Under the pieces are notes generated by a model. That model had not been told where the DNA came from and did no database searches. It saw only the letters and a program-made list of their open reading frames with translations. From Podarcis tiliguerta (Eukaryota): DNA of 64,000 nt. Numbering within the stretch: the stretch's first letter is position 1; every line of letters starts with the position of its first letter. The DNA is taken from NCBI GenBank assembly GCA_965153285.1, contig OZ229111.1. The stretch is one strand, 5' to 3'. Shown in pieces: positions 12,855 through 56,165 of this stretch. A program made the position numbers and the translations under genes.

Positions 12855-13640
12855 GTGATGAACCAGGAACGACACCTTTGGGTCATAGTAGATAATGTAA
12901 AATGATGCATGTCGGGGCAAAATATCCTTATTTCACATATACACATAAGGGATGTGAACTGGTGGTGATGGACCAGGAATTGAGACCTTGGGGTCATAGT
13001 AGATAGCTCACTGAAGATGTTGACCTAGTGTGTGGCGGCCGTGAAAAAGGCAAATTCCATGCTAGGGAATTGAAAATAAAATTGCCAATATCACAGTGAT
13101 ATTACACAAATCTGTGGTGCAACCACATTTGGAATACTGTTCTGGTCAATTCACCTCAAAAAGGATATTGTAGAGTTGAGAAAAGTTCAGAAAAGGGCAA
13201 CCAAAATGATCAAGGGGTTGGTGCTGTGATGAAAGGTTGCAATGTTTGGGACTTTTTAGCTTGGCGAAAAGGTGAATAAGAGGCAACCATAGAAGTTTAT
13301 AAAATTATGTATGACAGAGAGAAAGGATTCCCCCTCACATAATGCCAGAACTCATGGAGATGCAATGAAGCTGAATTCAGGAACAGAAAGGTACTTTGGT
13401 GGCCACCAACCTAGATGGCTTTAGAAGAGGATTAGACAGATTAATGAAGGAGGAGGCTATCAATGCCTACCAACCACAATGGCTGTGCTCTACCTCCACT
13501 GTTGGAAGCAGTTGTGCTTCTGAATACCAGTTACTGGAAACCACAGGAGGGGCGAGTGCTTGCGGGTTTCCCACAGACATCTGGTTGGCCTCCACAAGAA
13601 CAGGATGCTGGTCTAGATGGGCCAGTGGCTCTTCCGATGT
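12855..13640 (+). mobile_element. CR1 LINE 3' fragment (degenerate ORF2 C-terminus + 3' UTR)
   Basis: Remnant motifs resembling KCKVMHIG, RDLGV, AVKKANSMLG, RPHLEYC, KDIVELEKVQKRATKMIKG and NLDGFRRGLD. Confidence 0.85.
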
Positions 13641-14539
13641 TTCCTGTTGAATTGGTGCAGTGCAGGCATGACTTTCCCATCTCAGTGAGAGCCAAACTAG
13701 GGGAAATGTTGGTAGAGTGAGTCAACTCGAAAGAAAGAATGCAGCCAAGGAGATCAAATCAAGGCTGCATTCCTGAGGGAACAGGGTTTAACCCTTTATG
13801 CCAGTGCCATTTCCCACTTTTAAAATCGCTTTCTCAGCAGCAATTCTTTGCTCCACAGCAAGAAAATATGCATGTACCCTCCACACCATGGGAGGTTAAC
13901 ACTAAGGAAACAGTTCAAGGGGAAAGATTAACCCCCCTCTCTTTCTCTCATCCAGTTTTCCTAGCTAAGTTTATCTTCTAAAAATAAGGGAAGCCTTGAA
14001 TCTGCTAACTTCTTCTGCAGTTTGGCCCTGTGGTTGAGGCCTGGGTGATGTTAATATTGTGTGTTTTGAACTTGACTTGAAATGTGCAAAGAGATTAAAA
14101 TTATGGGTTTTAAAAATGTATATTTCAGTCACATTGATAGATCTCATTAAATTCTTTATATTTATGAAAAGCTAAGAACAAGAGAAGCTTAGTTTTGTTA
14201 CATACTTACATTTTGTAACTTTCAAAAGTTATTGGGGACAGATAAAGCAGAATAGACATTGCTTTTGTATTTAAATGAAACTAATTGATCATAAAAAAAG
14301 ATTTGTTTTATGAGCCTGAGTTTGAAACAGTACAAAAAAGGAAGCGAAGTAGATCTGATTGACTAAACTCAAGTTTTTAAAAGTGAAACAATTGCAACAG
14401 TCTAGCCTAAATGCAGTTTCATTGTTTCTAATGTCTTAAGAGTTATGATAACTGTTTGCCAAATTTTGCTGATGGCTGGCAATCAATAGGCATAGTCAAT
14501 ACAAATAAGGATTAGGAAAGTAATGCATGACCTCAGAAT

Positions 14540-15000
14540 AGAGAAACAGAAATTGGATGAAATTTGATAGTGCAGAGTGTAAGGTCATGTAGTTGGGGAC
14601 TAGTAATAAGCACTTCTGCCGTCTCCTGTGGGCTCATCAGCTAGCAGCAGAATTGCCCAGGGAGGGATGGGAGGCGACCTAGGGGATTGCACAATGACCA
14701 AATGACAAAAAAATGATGCAGCTACAAAGGACGCAGGTTTGTAGCAAGTAAGGCCTTCTAATAATAGGTGCTAAGTAAATATTAAGGCGTTGGTGGGACT
14801 GACCTGGAATAAAACATGCAATTTATCTTTCCTGTTCAAGGAAGGTAACGGAAAAGCTGCAACAAAAGCACTTTAAACACACACAGCTCTAAAACCTCAA
14901 GATGGGAGATATATTTGGTTTGGCAAAAAAAGCTGAGAGCAGGAGATGGCTGTCCTTTGACATGGAGGTATTAATACATTAGAGATAATTACACGTTTGA
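14540..15000 (+). mobile_element. Older CR1 LINE fragment
   Basis: atgaaatttgatagtgcagagtgtaaggtcatgtagttgggg = MKFDSAECKVM*LG (CR1 motif MKFN..KCKVMHLG), followed by a DLG-like remnant. Confidence 0.55.
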
Positions 15001-15134
15001 ATGATAGAAAAGCTATTCAGATAGTAAGCTATTGTTGCTCTCTTATCCTCAGGTGATAAAGGATATGGTTTGATTGATCTCCTGATAGTATGTGTGTGTT
15101 GAATCTATTGCAGTTATGACATGTTAGAGTAGAC

Positions 15135-15327
15135 CAGGCATGTCCAACTTCCAAGAAACTGCAATCTACTCCCACTATAAAAAAAAAAACAACTGGCAGT
15201 GATCTACCCATTAGATTGACCAGAGCTGCTCCCCCCCTTTTTTTGGAGGGGGGTCAGGATACCACGATCAACCAGGGACATCCTGCAATTGACCAGTATA
15301 TCACGATCGACCGGTTGGACAGGCCAG
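15135..15327. mobile_element. hAT (Charlie-like) MITE
   Basis: TIRs caggcatgtccaac / gttggacaggccag; perfect TSD gagtagac (15127-15134 and 15328-15335); internal gatc(g/t)ac repeats. Confidence 0.88.
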
Positions 15328-16084
15328 GAGTAGACTGATTCAGGTGTCATGCAGAAACCATGGTTTAACTATATGGTCAAAGCTTTCTGCCTGTTCATGT
15401 TCACCCTTTCCCCTCATATGCCAATTCCCCTCAGTTTGGGCAAACAGACCATAATTTGCTATAGTTGAAATGAATTCACCTGAATGAGGAAGGAAAGGAG
15501 CTGTAGTGTGGGGTTGGAAAATTAGCAAGCTCATTGTTTGGCTACCAAATCTGTAATGCAGTGAACATAAGTTCGCTCCACTTTGAAAAAGTAAGCATCT
15601 CATAAGATTCCTCTTACGTTTCCCACCCTTTTTTTCCCCCTATACCGGGCTTTGGCAACAAAGGGTAGCATACAGAAAGGAGAAAGTATGCAATGCTGCT
15701 GAAGTGTCTGCTGTACTTTCCGATTGACTTTCTCGCGGTCCTGTTGTTTAAGTATGTGAAGCTTTTGCACAGTGTAGTGCACCCCACTAGCAACCTGATA
15801 CTTAGAGTCAGTTGGGTAGATGCACTGCCTGCAGAGTAAAGAAAGCACTGTTACAATTGCCCACAGTAGGCTACATGCTGCACTTTAAAACAGGAGGCAG
15901 TTATTTCCTAATAGTCATGCTGGCTATGAAAATTCACCGCCTCAGTGATCCAGTCTACTAAATTAGATTTACATGAAGACATTGTTTCAACGGCTTAAAA
16001 AAAGTTCACTTGGATAGTCTCACCTTCAATAGAAAACAGAAATTTTGTGCGTTTGTCAATATACAATATTTCTTAGCCTAAGTA

Positions 16085-16323
16085 CAGTGGAACCTCGATT
16101 TTTGAGCGTCTCGGAAGTTGAATGTTCCGGCTTTCAAATACCAAAAACCCAGAAGTAACTGCTTCAGTTTTCGAACAATTTTGGAAGCCAAACGTGCCAT
16201 GCGGCTTCTGTTTTGAGTTCCCTATTGTATTGAGGCTTCTGCTTTCAGTTTTTGGTTTTCGAATGTTTTGGAAGTCAAACGGTATTCCAGAATGGATTAC
16301 ATTCAAAAATCAAGGTTCCACTG
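16085..16323. mobile_element. Tigger-like MITE, family B
   Basis: 21-bp TIRs cagtggaacctcgatttttga / tcaaaaatcaaggttccactg with 1 mismatch; TA TSD on both sides. Confidence 0.9.
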
Positions 16324-17569
16324 TATAAGGAAAGATTTTCTTTTTTCTTTTTTTAAAGGCTTTGGGTTTTCTATGTTTTCATTACCACAATTTATGCCAT
16401 ACCTATGATGACTGACAGTTGAGAACAATATACTTTCATTTCATTTTATTTTTTGCATAATATATTTAAAAGCAATGGTAGATATGCAATTGGTGTTCCT
16501 AGTGGCATTGAACCAGTGGAAGCATCTTCTGTGAGCATCCCCACTGGCTGGGGAGAATGGGGGTTGTAGTCCAAAACATATGGGGGAGCACCAGCTTGGG
16601 GAAGGGTGCCTTATTCCACTTTTCACCACTTGATGCAAAGATGCCTCAGGTGCCTGCATTAGTTCTTCAAAGCCAGGATTGGTAGCCAGAGTAGTCTCAT
16701 TTGTGGTTTCTTCTAGCCTTTATGAACATGCAATAGCAAGCAGAAGAGGCAGCCATAATTTTTCTGAAACAAATTGGGAGGGACACAAAAATGAGAAGAC
16801 TCCCCCATTTTTCTGGTTTATTCCCAGGCTTTCACATTGCTATAAATGATGTTTAGGAGCTTAGCACTGTAAGCATTCTCTGTTCTGTGTTGCTGCCTCT
16901 TTTCTCTTGTGCATTTCCACCCTTCAAGAGTAACTGGAAGTGGGGGAAAAAGTCAGTGAAGTGTGACACCATTAAGTACCTAACAGGATAAACCTGACAT
17001 AGCATATATGTCTGTCTGCAGCTCAAACGTGCATAGCTCTTGGGTAATGAGAAATGAATATGCATTGGCAAATGACAAGGGAGAAGGGGGTGGCATTGCT
17101 TCGAAGAGGGAATGTGCTTTGCTTTGAATGAATCTGAAGAATTCATTAACATAAATGCAGTAGTCAAATAATACTTCCTGGCAGATGCTTTAGAAGAATA
17201 TTTAAATTATTGGACTAGTGGAGGTGGTTGTATATGAGCGTGTATGCTTAGGAATTTTAGTTAAAATACGTGGCTATTCTCTGACCCTATTCTCTGCTGT
17301 AGAAAGAGGCATTGTGGTGATGTGAGAGTGGTAAAGACATTTTTCTCAAGATAGAAAAGGAAATCTGGTGCTGCTATCCAGTACAATACAATGCTGGGAA
17401 AATTTACTAAAAAAGCAAAATAATAGTGTATGAAGCTCAAAGAGACTTTTGGGTCCCAATCATTCTGTGCTCTGAGAGAGATGGTTTTCTTGAACTTCTC
17501 AGCAGATGATGGCCAATCATCTATGAGCCCCATTCCAGACAATATAGAGGTACTGCTTAGTTGAGTGGT

Positions 17570-18190
17570 GGTCATCCTGTTCTGGAGGTGGTGGCACTCC
17601 TCTTAAAATGATCAGGTGCACTGTTGGTGCACTGTTCATTGATCCAGCTTTGATAAGCGGGGGATCAAGAGGCCTCTGTGGCATGGAATGCATTTTAATA
17701 GATTAGGCTGATAAGCGAATTGCAGCCCTGCCTGCCTTCCGTTACCTGCCTGTTTGGATCACCGCAGTGTGTTACGTGGAGTTTCCTTTGAAACAGTCCA
17801 GAACCAGTAAGCCTGGGAAGAGGCAGCTTGATGGTTAACCTGCACTGGACAACTGAACGTATTATGTCAGTGCTTCATCATTTGTGCTGGCTTCCAGACC
17901 CATCTCTAAGGCCAGTTCAAAGTGTTGGTTTCGACTTTGAAAGCCCATAACAGCTTGGGACTAGGGTACTGGAAAAGTCCTCTCCTCCCATTTTCCCTTA
18001 TCCAGTCTTAGAGAACGGTGTCAGATGATGATCCCAAAGTGGCACTGCAAAGTGAAGCATGATAGGTGCCCACTATGTGGAAAGCTATTTCAGTGATGGT
18101 GGAATAGTCTTCCCAGGGAGCCTCACCTAGTTCCTCCTAATTTCAGCACCAATAAAGGTCTCCACCCACTTCCAGGCATCTTAAGGTTTT
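17570..18190 (+). mobile_element. Degenerate L2 LINE ORF2 C-terminal fragment
   Basis: Remnants resembling SRLDYCNALYVGLPLKTVQKL and AQFKVLVLTFKAL; heavily decayed. Confidence 0.6.
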
Positions 18191-21100
18191 TAAAGATCTC
18201 TTCTAACTTACTAATCTTTTCAGAATTGAATTAACCTTGTGTTAATGTTTCATTGTTGGTCCCCCCCTCCTTTTTTTAAAAAAAGATTGATAACTGTAAG
18301 TTATCCAGAGAGCACTTTTGGGGGGCAGCATGTAATTGTTGTAAATAAACAAGTAAAACTTCAATCGTAACCATTTCTCACACACTATTCTTAGGCCATA
18401 TGGTGTTGTAGAGTGTCTAATGCTCATAAATTAGCTTTCCGTTTATTCCAGGACCTAATAGGAGAGTACAAATATAATACCAAAGAAAATTACATGGATA
18501 TGGCTCAGATTGCCAGGACTGCTTTTTTCCTTGCCTTTATATGAGTAATCTTTACTGTTTTGGTACAGAATCGTATAATATTTGTAGTTGACAGATGCTT
18601 CATAAATCAGATTTCTCTACTATTAAGTACTATGTCATTCAGAAGGGACACTGACTGTCTTAATACTACTTCTGTCATCAACATTAGAGGTAGAGATGCT
18701 GGTTAATTGTATTTGGAACCCAGTCAAAGTTGGACTAGACTTTTACAGGATGTTAGGTCCGACAGATTCCAGAATAACCTTTTATGTTAATTACACAGTC
18801 TATGGCACATCAGTGACCTAATGGTAAAGTATAGTCAGTCTGAAATGTGGTGCATTTTGGATCTTCCAGTCACAGAAATCTGGATTGCAGAGTGAAACCA
18901 CATAGCTCCACCTTGTTTCCTAATTGAGGAGAAATTTCCCAGCACATTACTGATTTGTAAGAAGCAAAGGGCTTCCCCCTCAGTGGTAACTGGCCCATCA
19001 TCTAGATCAAAATGCATTTTATAGAGTGGCTATTGATTAGTCTCTCAGACTGCATCCATGGACAGGCGGGAGCAATATAATTCAGATGTGCAAGGCAGGG
19101 ATGGGTTTGGTACCTTGGTAAATAAAATTTGCAACATCATTTTGACTTCAAACTATTACTTATAATTTCTTAAAATAAAATTTAATTATAACTTGCTTAA
19201 AAAAATTTTTTTAATCTCTGAGTGGTATACATAAAACAGCTACGTTAAAATCAACAAACATATAACTCAGGTTTTTTGCAGGCATCTGAACAAGTGCAAT
19301 GAAGGAGTCTCCCTAATGTCTGTAGGCAGGAGCAAGAGTTGTGCAGTTCTGTGCATCAGCAGTGGTGGATAGTTTGTATTGATGTTAAAAGGCGTGGGGG
19401 AACTTGCTAGGACTCCAAGTTACCCTTATAATCCCACTTGCATGCAAGCAAAACATATATTCCCATAGTATAAACAAGCAAAAATATGCATTCTATATAA
19501 TACACAGGCAGTTCAGGGCAGTAAAGCCCCATTCCTTTACACATACATATAGATTTAAGTGTTTTTAAAATATTTGCAAAATATTTTAAAATAGTTTTGC
19601 AATCCAGGAAAGAGGGAAAAGAAGTGTGGAGCTGATAATCTTGCCCTGTGACCTCACCTGCTGTGTTACCAATGAACTTTTAAGGTAGGCTAGATAACCA
19701 TAAGGACTAGAAACTTGATTTAAAGAAAAATGCTGAGATGATGATGCTGAATTCTGGCCCATATCATATTTCTACAGACACTTTTGACTGTAGTAGGAAA
19801 GCAAGGCTAGAGGTTGCCATATAGTTCCGTAAATATGAAGAAAAAACTATTTCCTATATGAATTTCCATCTGTTTACTTTTCCAAGAGTTTTTACTTCTC
19901 TTATTTCCACTAGCACATCTTCTACAGAACAACATACAGTATTTGTAGCCCTTCCAGGAATTAAAAATAATCTCCCAGCACAGAGGCCAGTTTTGTTATG
20001 TGTGTAATCTTAAAGCATAGAACAATATGCCTTGACTGCTTTAAGTGGACTAGAAAGGGTGGGTGGGTGGGTGTGTGTGAGAGAGAGAGAATGATGGTGA
20101 TTTTAAAGGAAGATATTGGTATATGGATATATAGCTGGCATCTTGATCTGAAGCTATTGCAGATAGCTGCTCCTGTGGTCTCGCTAAAGAAGTACTAAAA
20201 ATGGGAAAAGCACTAGAAACATGAAGTTTCAGCTATATCTCACCTCAGGCAATTCAGTTTTGTTTGGGAGTCCTGGGAATTTTGCCTGGAATCAGAATTG
20301 TACAATAAGCAGTTTTTACAGCTTTGAGTCCCTTTATTGTTCCATTCTCTGATATTTCATTATTTATATTGTACTTGACTCTTGTCTTGACACTGAAAGT
20401 AAATGCAGCTTTCCTGCACAAAGGCGTGCGAGCCATTTTGATTGCAAAATGTTCTCATCTATCAGTTGTTCTCAGCCAGTTTCCTTGTGGAGAATTGCAT
20501 CTCTAGAATGCAGAGCAATGTGGCTGCTGAGGTATTCAGTGCGGCAGGTGTGCTGTGTACAGCTCAGCTTGGCTTATGCATATCTTCGAAAATGTCTCTT
20601 CCCAACCCCATCCCTCCACCACAGCTCATGCATCGCTGCAAGGGAGAGGGAGTTAAAACTGTTTCAGTGAATAGAAATTGCAGCCGAGTTTTCCGGCAGT
20701 GATGCAATTGTGCTGCATTGTCCCGGTAGCTTTCACACACTCCTTCTGCATTGTGAGCGACGGGAGTGGCTCTTCTGTTTATCGGGGAAATTAAATGCAT
20801 GTCTTGGGTACACACAATGCAACTGGATTTCAGGGAAGTGTCATCTTCAATTCTTGATGTGAAGACTTAGTGAAACTTAGATTATTTATTGCATGCCTAA
20901 GAGTCAAGCGTGATTTTGAATTCAGCATCTAACCAAATAACTATTGCTGCCTTGAAATATTTAGCAGACCAGCACAACCTCAGGGTACAATGCTGTGCAC
21001 GTTGAACTGAGCCCAATCTTGTGGATATCTTTGCTTGATATGTTGTACAAGTGTACATGATGGTACATTAAGGAAACCTCACAAAAAGATCTATCCCATG

Positions 21101-23078
21101 AGACAGTGTTTTGTAGATATAGGAGCATTGGACCTGGAAACACAGGTTCAGATCCTTGGCTAACTGAAATATATTACTCTGCTTCTTTGTGATCTTCATC
21201 TACAAAGTATTTATATGTGGGCACAATTCAAGGTTATGGTTATTGCTTTTCAAGTTATAAATAGAGTGTAACTTGGACAGTTCTATCCCATACTCTCCAA
21301 TCTGTATTGGAGATCCTGCTCCAGATTTTCCTGCTGGCTGAAATGGAGTGGATAAGCTTAATGGGTCAAGGTCTCTTCAATATCTCAAGGAGGCCTAAAT
21401 GACCCCTTTATTTTCACCCCACCATTTCATTAAAGACATAGGTTTTTAGGGAGACTTGGGTAGAGGCTGAGAGGACCCAATCCAATTATCTGCTGTGCTG
21501 CTGGTGAACCTCATTATTCTGCTGACTGCACAGCTAGAGAATCACTATCAGCATAGCTTTGCAGTATACAGTTAATCCTGGTGCTTTCCGAGATGCATAA
21601 AGCTTGCAGTGACACCTATGTGTTTCTCAAAACCAGGCAGCTGATTATCTCTAAACTGCCAAGAAGACTTGAGAATGCTGTTGAATGCAATGAGAGCTTG
21701 TGTTTCCCTCATGCTAAATAATACCCTGCTGTTGTTGTTGTTATGGTTGTTAGACAAACTAAGAAAATATTGCAGACAAGCATTGCGCTGCCAAGGTGAG
21801 AATGGAGCCCTTCTAGCTATAGATTTTTAGTGAGCTGAAAAGGAGGATACATAAGACGGTGTTGGAAGGGAGGCAACCGAATGTGCTGACTAGGGCAGAA
21901 GCATGAGTCTGTTGTAAAGAAAGGGTTGTGTGGCGGGCATGATCAAGTTTAGTGAGGTGAGCATTTATCTGTAGAGCTGCTATTTCACATTTCTGCAGGT
22001 GTTCATAATGCAGATGCTGTATTGTAGTGTTGATTGTCATTGAGTTCCAGCTCAGTGGGAGGACGAGTGGTTTGAAAATGCTCTTTATTACCATCACAAC
22101 TGATAGCCTTTTCTTAGACAGAATGACTTGGCCATCAAGTACCCTTTGCTTTGATCTGCTTGTTCATTTGACAGATCGATAATATTTGAATTGCACCGCA
22201 TATTTTGAATAAAACATCTATCTCTTACTTTTTTGTGCATGCATGTCTGTAGTGCCTTGGCATCACCACCAGCACCACCACCACCACCATCATTATTATT
22301 ATTGATTTGGCACAATATGTTGTGGAAATGGCTTTGCTCCAAAAACAATCTGAAGATAGAGGTACATCTGATCAAGCAAGCATGCACACCATTTTATATG
22401 CAGGAGTCCTAGAATCTTCCTTTTAACCCACACGCTCCAAACTAGCACTGTAAATTACTTCTTGTTGTGTGATACACATTCCTCTGTGCTTTGAAATGTC
22501 TCTGCTCTGGGCAGAGGTAAAACATATTTCTCTCTGCTAATCAGAATGGCCCGTGTAGTTTCTTTCTAAGGAATCTGATAGAGAGCAAGATTTTTACTAC
22601 ATTTCTAGTAGTAAATGCTATGTAGTGATACTCATCCCAGATACAAAGAGCAGACCGAAGTTCCATTTTTGATGCTAACAATACTAATACCTGAATGGGA
22701 GAAGTTCAGTGAACCTATTTATGCAAGTCTGAGCTTCTTGGAAGAAAGGTGGGATACAAGTAAACAAAATTAAATGATAGAATAACAAAATAAAACTCCA
22801 TACAGTCTTGTCTTGTTGCCATGTCCATCACTAAAGTGGAATTATGAACACCAGCAGCATTGTATGAATGTACAGATAATTACTTCATTGTGCAGCTACA
22901 GCTTATATTGGTACAAAATGTGTGTGTACACACACATATTATATGTGTAAAAATTTAAAAAAGACCAACCTGGTAGTCCACTTGATTCGAAATCAGGCTG
23001 TACATATGAAGCTATGGTGAGGATCCATCTTAATTATATTCTCTCTCTTTTGTCTTTTCCTCACCACCTCCCCTTCAG

Positions 23079-53497
<30,419 letters not shown>

Positions 53498-53935
53498 AAC
53501 ATCAGGTTAGGGGCAGACAGACGCACAGAAAAGGAGGGGAAGCCAGGAGGAAGCAGCTAGCAACAGTTGTTAACAATAAATAGACTCTCAGTGCACTCAT
53601 TCCTCCTCGGCTTGGTTTGTTATAGAGAAAGCAGAAGCTTCCATAACTCATTTTAGGCGCTCTCTCTTTTCCCCCTCCCACATTCCAGGTGCCCAGGATG
53701 GCTGAGCAACTCTGCACAGCGACACACACATGCACACACCCACACCATGCTCCTCTTTCCAGGTTGATCCTGAGAGAATAGGAGCTGTGACCTTTCCATG
53801 CCAGACCTTGTGCGAAGCTGGCGTTGGATCTTCTCAACTCCTATTGGTGCAAAGGCACTCCCTCTTCCCTGGGTGATCCTCTTGGGTGCTAGGGGTAATC
53901 TTGATGGTCGAGAAGGCTTTTGATTTAAGCCTTGT

Positions 53936-53999
53936 TTTTATATCTTGCGAGGAAGATGCAGTGCTGTGGTTTTATATCTTGTGAGGAAGATGCAGTGCT
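53936..53999 (+). repeat. 30-bp direct duplication (period 34) in the UBE2O 3' UTR
   Basis: ttttatatcttg(c/t)gaggaagatgcagtgct at 53936-53965 and 53970-53999. Confidence 0.95.
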
Positions 54000-56159
54000 C
54001 CTCTCTACCTTCAGACATAATGTCACTAAAGCCGGTCAATTAGAAAGCCCTGAATAGCCCCCATTTTCAGCTCTGTGCCAGTCCTGAGCGCTTTCTTGAT
54101 TTGGTTCGCTGCTGTGAGCTGAGGAGATAAATTCCCCGGAAATTGGTGTAGGCTTGGACTTTTGCTGCGAGAGAGCCACAAAGTGGTGAATATCAGGCGT
54201 TTGTTTTTGCTTGACTGTATGGGCCACTTGGAGACAGAAGCTAAGTGCTAGGTGAGCTGTCCTTGATGTGGTCCACACTCAGCGCCTCCTCTCTGGCTTT
54301 CTGAGGATTACCTGCTGTCTTATTTAAAATGTACACTTTCTTCTGAACAGCATATCTCTTTCCACTTTGCCTTGAGAGGGGAATAGTGCATATAGCGTAG
54401 CCTGCTACTCTCCTGGATACGTGAACACTCTGCTACCAACTCAACTCTGTACACCAAGGTACCTCAGGATGGCGCTGGAACAATTGCATGGTGCAGCCCA
54501 CATTTTCCGATTTCGCCTTTCACTTAGGTGTTTGCAAAGTGGCAGCTCTGCCCGACATTATATCTCCATGGACTTATACCAACCTTATAGCAACAAGCCT
54601 CCACGCTAATATAGACAATGGGTGTCCCTAGTCCAGCATCCTTAAATTACAATTGCAGCCTTTATTGTGAGTCACTGTTATTTCCTATCCCCTGATCCTA
54701 GGCTGTGTGCAACCACCGCCGCCACCTCCCTGCTGGCTGTGGCATGACCCGGTGGTCCTGTGACAGACCAGGAGTTGCAGCAGGCCCAACCCTGTATCTG
54801 GTACAGATCACGACTGGCGATACATTCATATTTTTGCATCCTAGATGAGGTTACATTCTGTTCCTTGTTCAGCGTACCCACATCTTTGCACGGCGTCACA
54901 GTCACCCTTGTATTTCCCTTCCTCTGATCATGACCTGGGTGCCCCCCTTTCACCCTCCCACTTGAATAATCTAGTTGAAGAGGCTGAACAGGGTGACACG
55001 AATCTTGTGTTTACTCAGATATTAGTTAGTAGTTCTAGTGTTGCAGATTAAGATTTGAGAGGTAGCGGTTCTCCAGTTGGGAGGCTGCAGGGTGCGATCT
55101 TTTGTGGCCATGCTGGTAAAAGAGCAGCAAAAGAAATTAAGTTGACATTAGTACCCCTTGAAGACAGGGACAAGAAATGATTTCTCCTTTTTTCTTTTTC
55201 ACTTGCATTGCCAGACACTCTGTTAATTGTGTGAAAGGGCAGACAGTGGGGGGGATCTGTCTGTGTTTCTGTGTGTCATCACATTCCTCATGCAGATGTG
55301 GTCGCGGTGCCTCTTCTCCCCGAGAGAGAGAGGAACGGGCCACGTATTTTATTATGATGACACACTAAAGAAAGCAAGCAAGCTTTCCCAATCCCCCAAT
55401 CACCTAGCTGCCCATCCTGTTTTGAGAAGTGGCTACTCTTCCATTTTGAGTAGGGGAGCAAGGTGGGAGGAGCCACAGATGAGGAGGCAAATGGTGCTAT
55501 GGACTGCAGAGAGCTGAGCTTCAAGGGGACTCCCTTTTTTTCAAAGTGCAACTGAGAGCTTTGTGTGAAGCTGTATGATGGGAAGATCTTGCTTACTCTT
55601 TCCTCCTGGGGATCTGCTGCCATCTTTTGCATCCATCAAGCACTGTCCCTTATCCTTGCTGTCGGGCCCCACCAGAGGCATGCACAGAAGTTTACACTTT
55701 CTTTTTCTATAAGCTTTTGAATAATGTGAAGCTCTAGGTTATGCAGTTGCTGGTGAGCACACACCGCGCAGCTATAACCTCTTTTTGGTGTATGTACGTA
55801 ATAAAAGAGTGAAGAGAAATTTCCAAGAGGCAAATGCTTAAAACACCCCAAGAAGCCAAAGCATGAGGCACATTGTTAGTCTTGAGATGGGCTACATGAT
55901 TGTGATGTATAAATTTAAAATCTTATCTGTTTAAGTGCTGGGGAGGGAGGGGAAAGAAATATTACAAAAAAAAGAAAAAAGAATTTCTAGCCTTTCTGTA
56001 CAGTATTTAAAACTGATGGAGCTGTCATATTGGGGCAATGCTTAGAGGTGTGTTACTTTTGCAGCTGTGAATGCTTGGTTGCTTACAATATATGTATAAA
56101 GTATTGTGTGATTAATCTTTTTTTACTTGCAAACTTTGTTTGGCTAACTAAGATGTAGT

Positions 56160-56165
56160 AATAAA
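56160..56165 (+). terminator. Polyadenylation signal AATAAA (likely main UBE2O site)
   Basis: AATAAA with TGTA elements upstream and GT-rich sequence (ggtttggttgtgcttgctgtgtctctgt) about 45-70 nt downstream. Confidence 0.65.

Noticed and set aside
1-23078. UBE2O exon 1 or promoter
   Set aside because: No CpG island and no sequence encoding the expected exon-1 peptide (VRVQWYPEG-like) was seen; treated as intron 1
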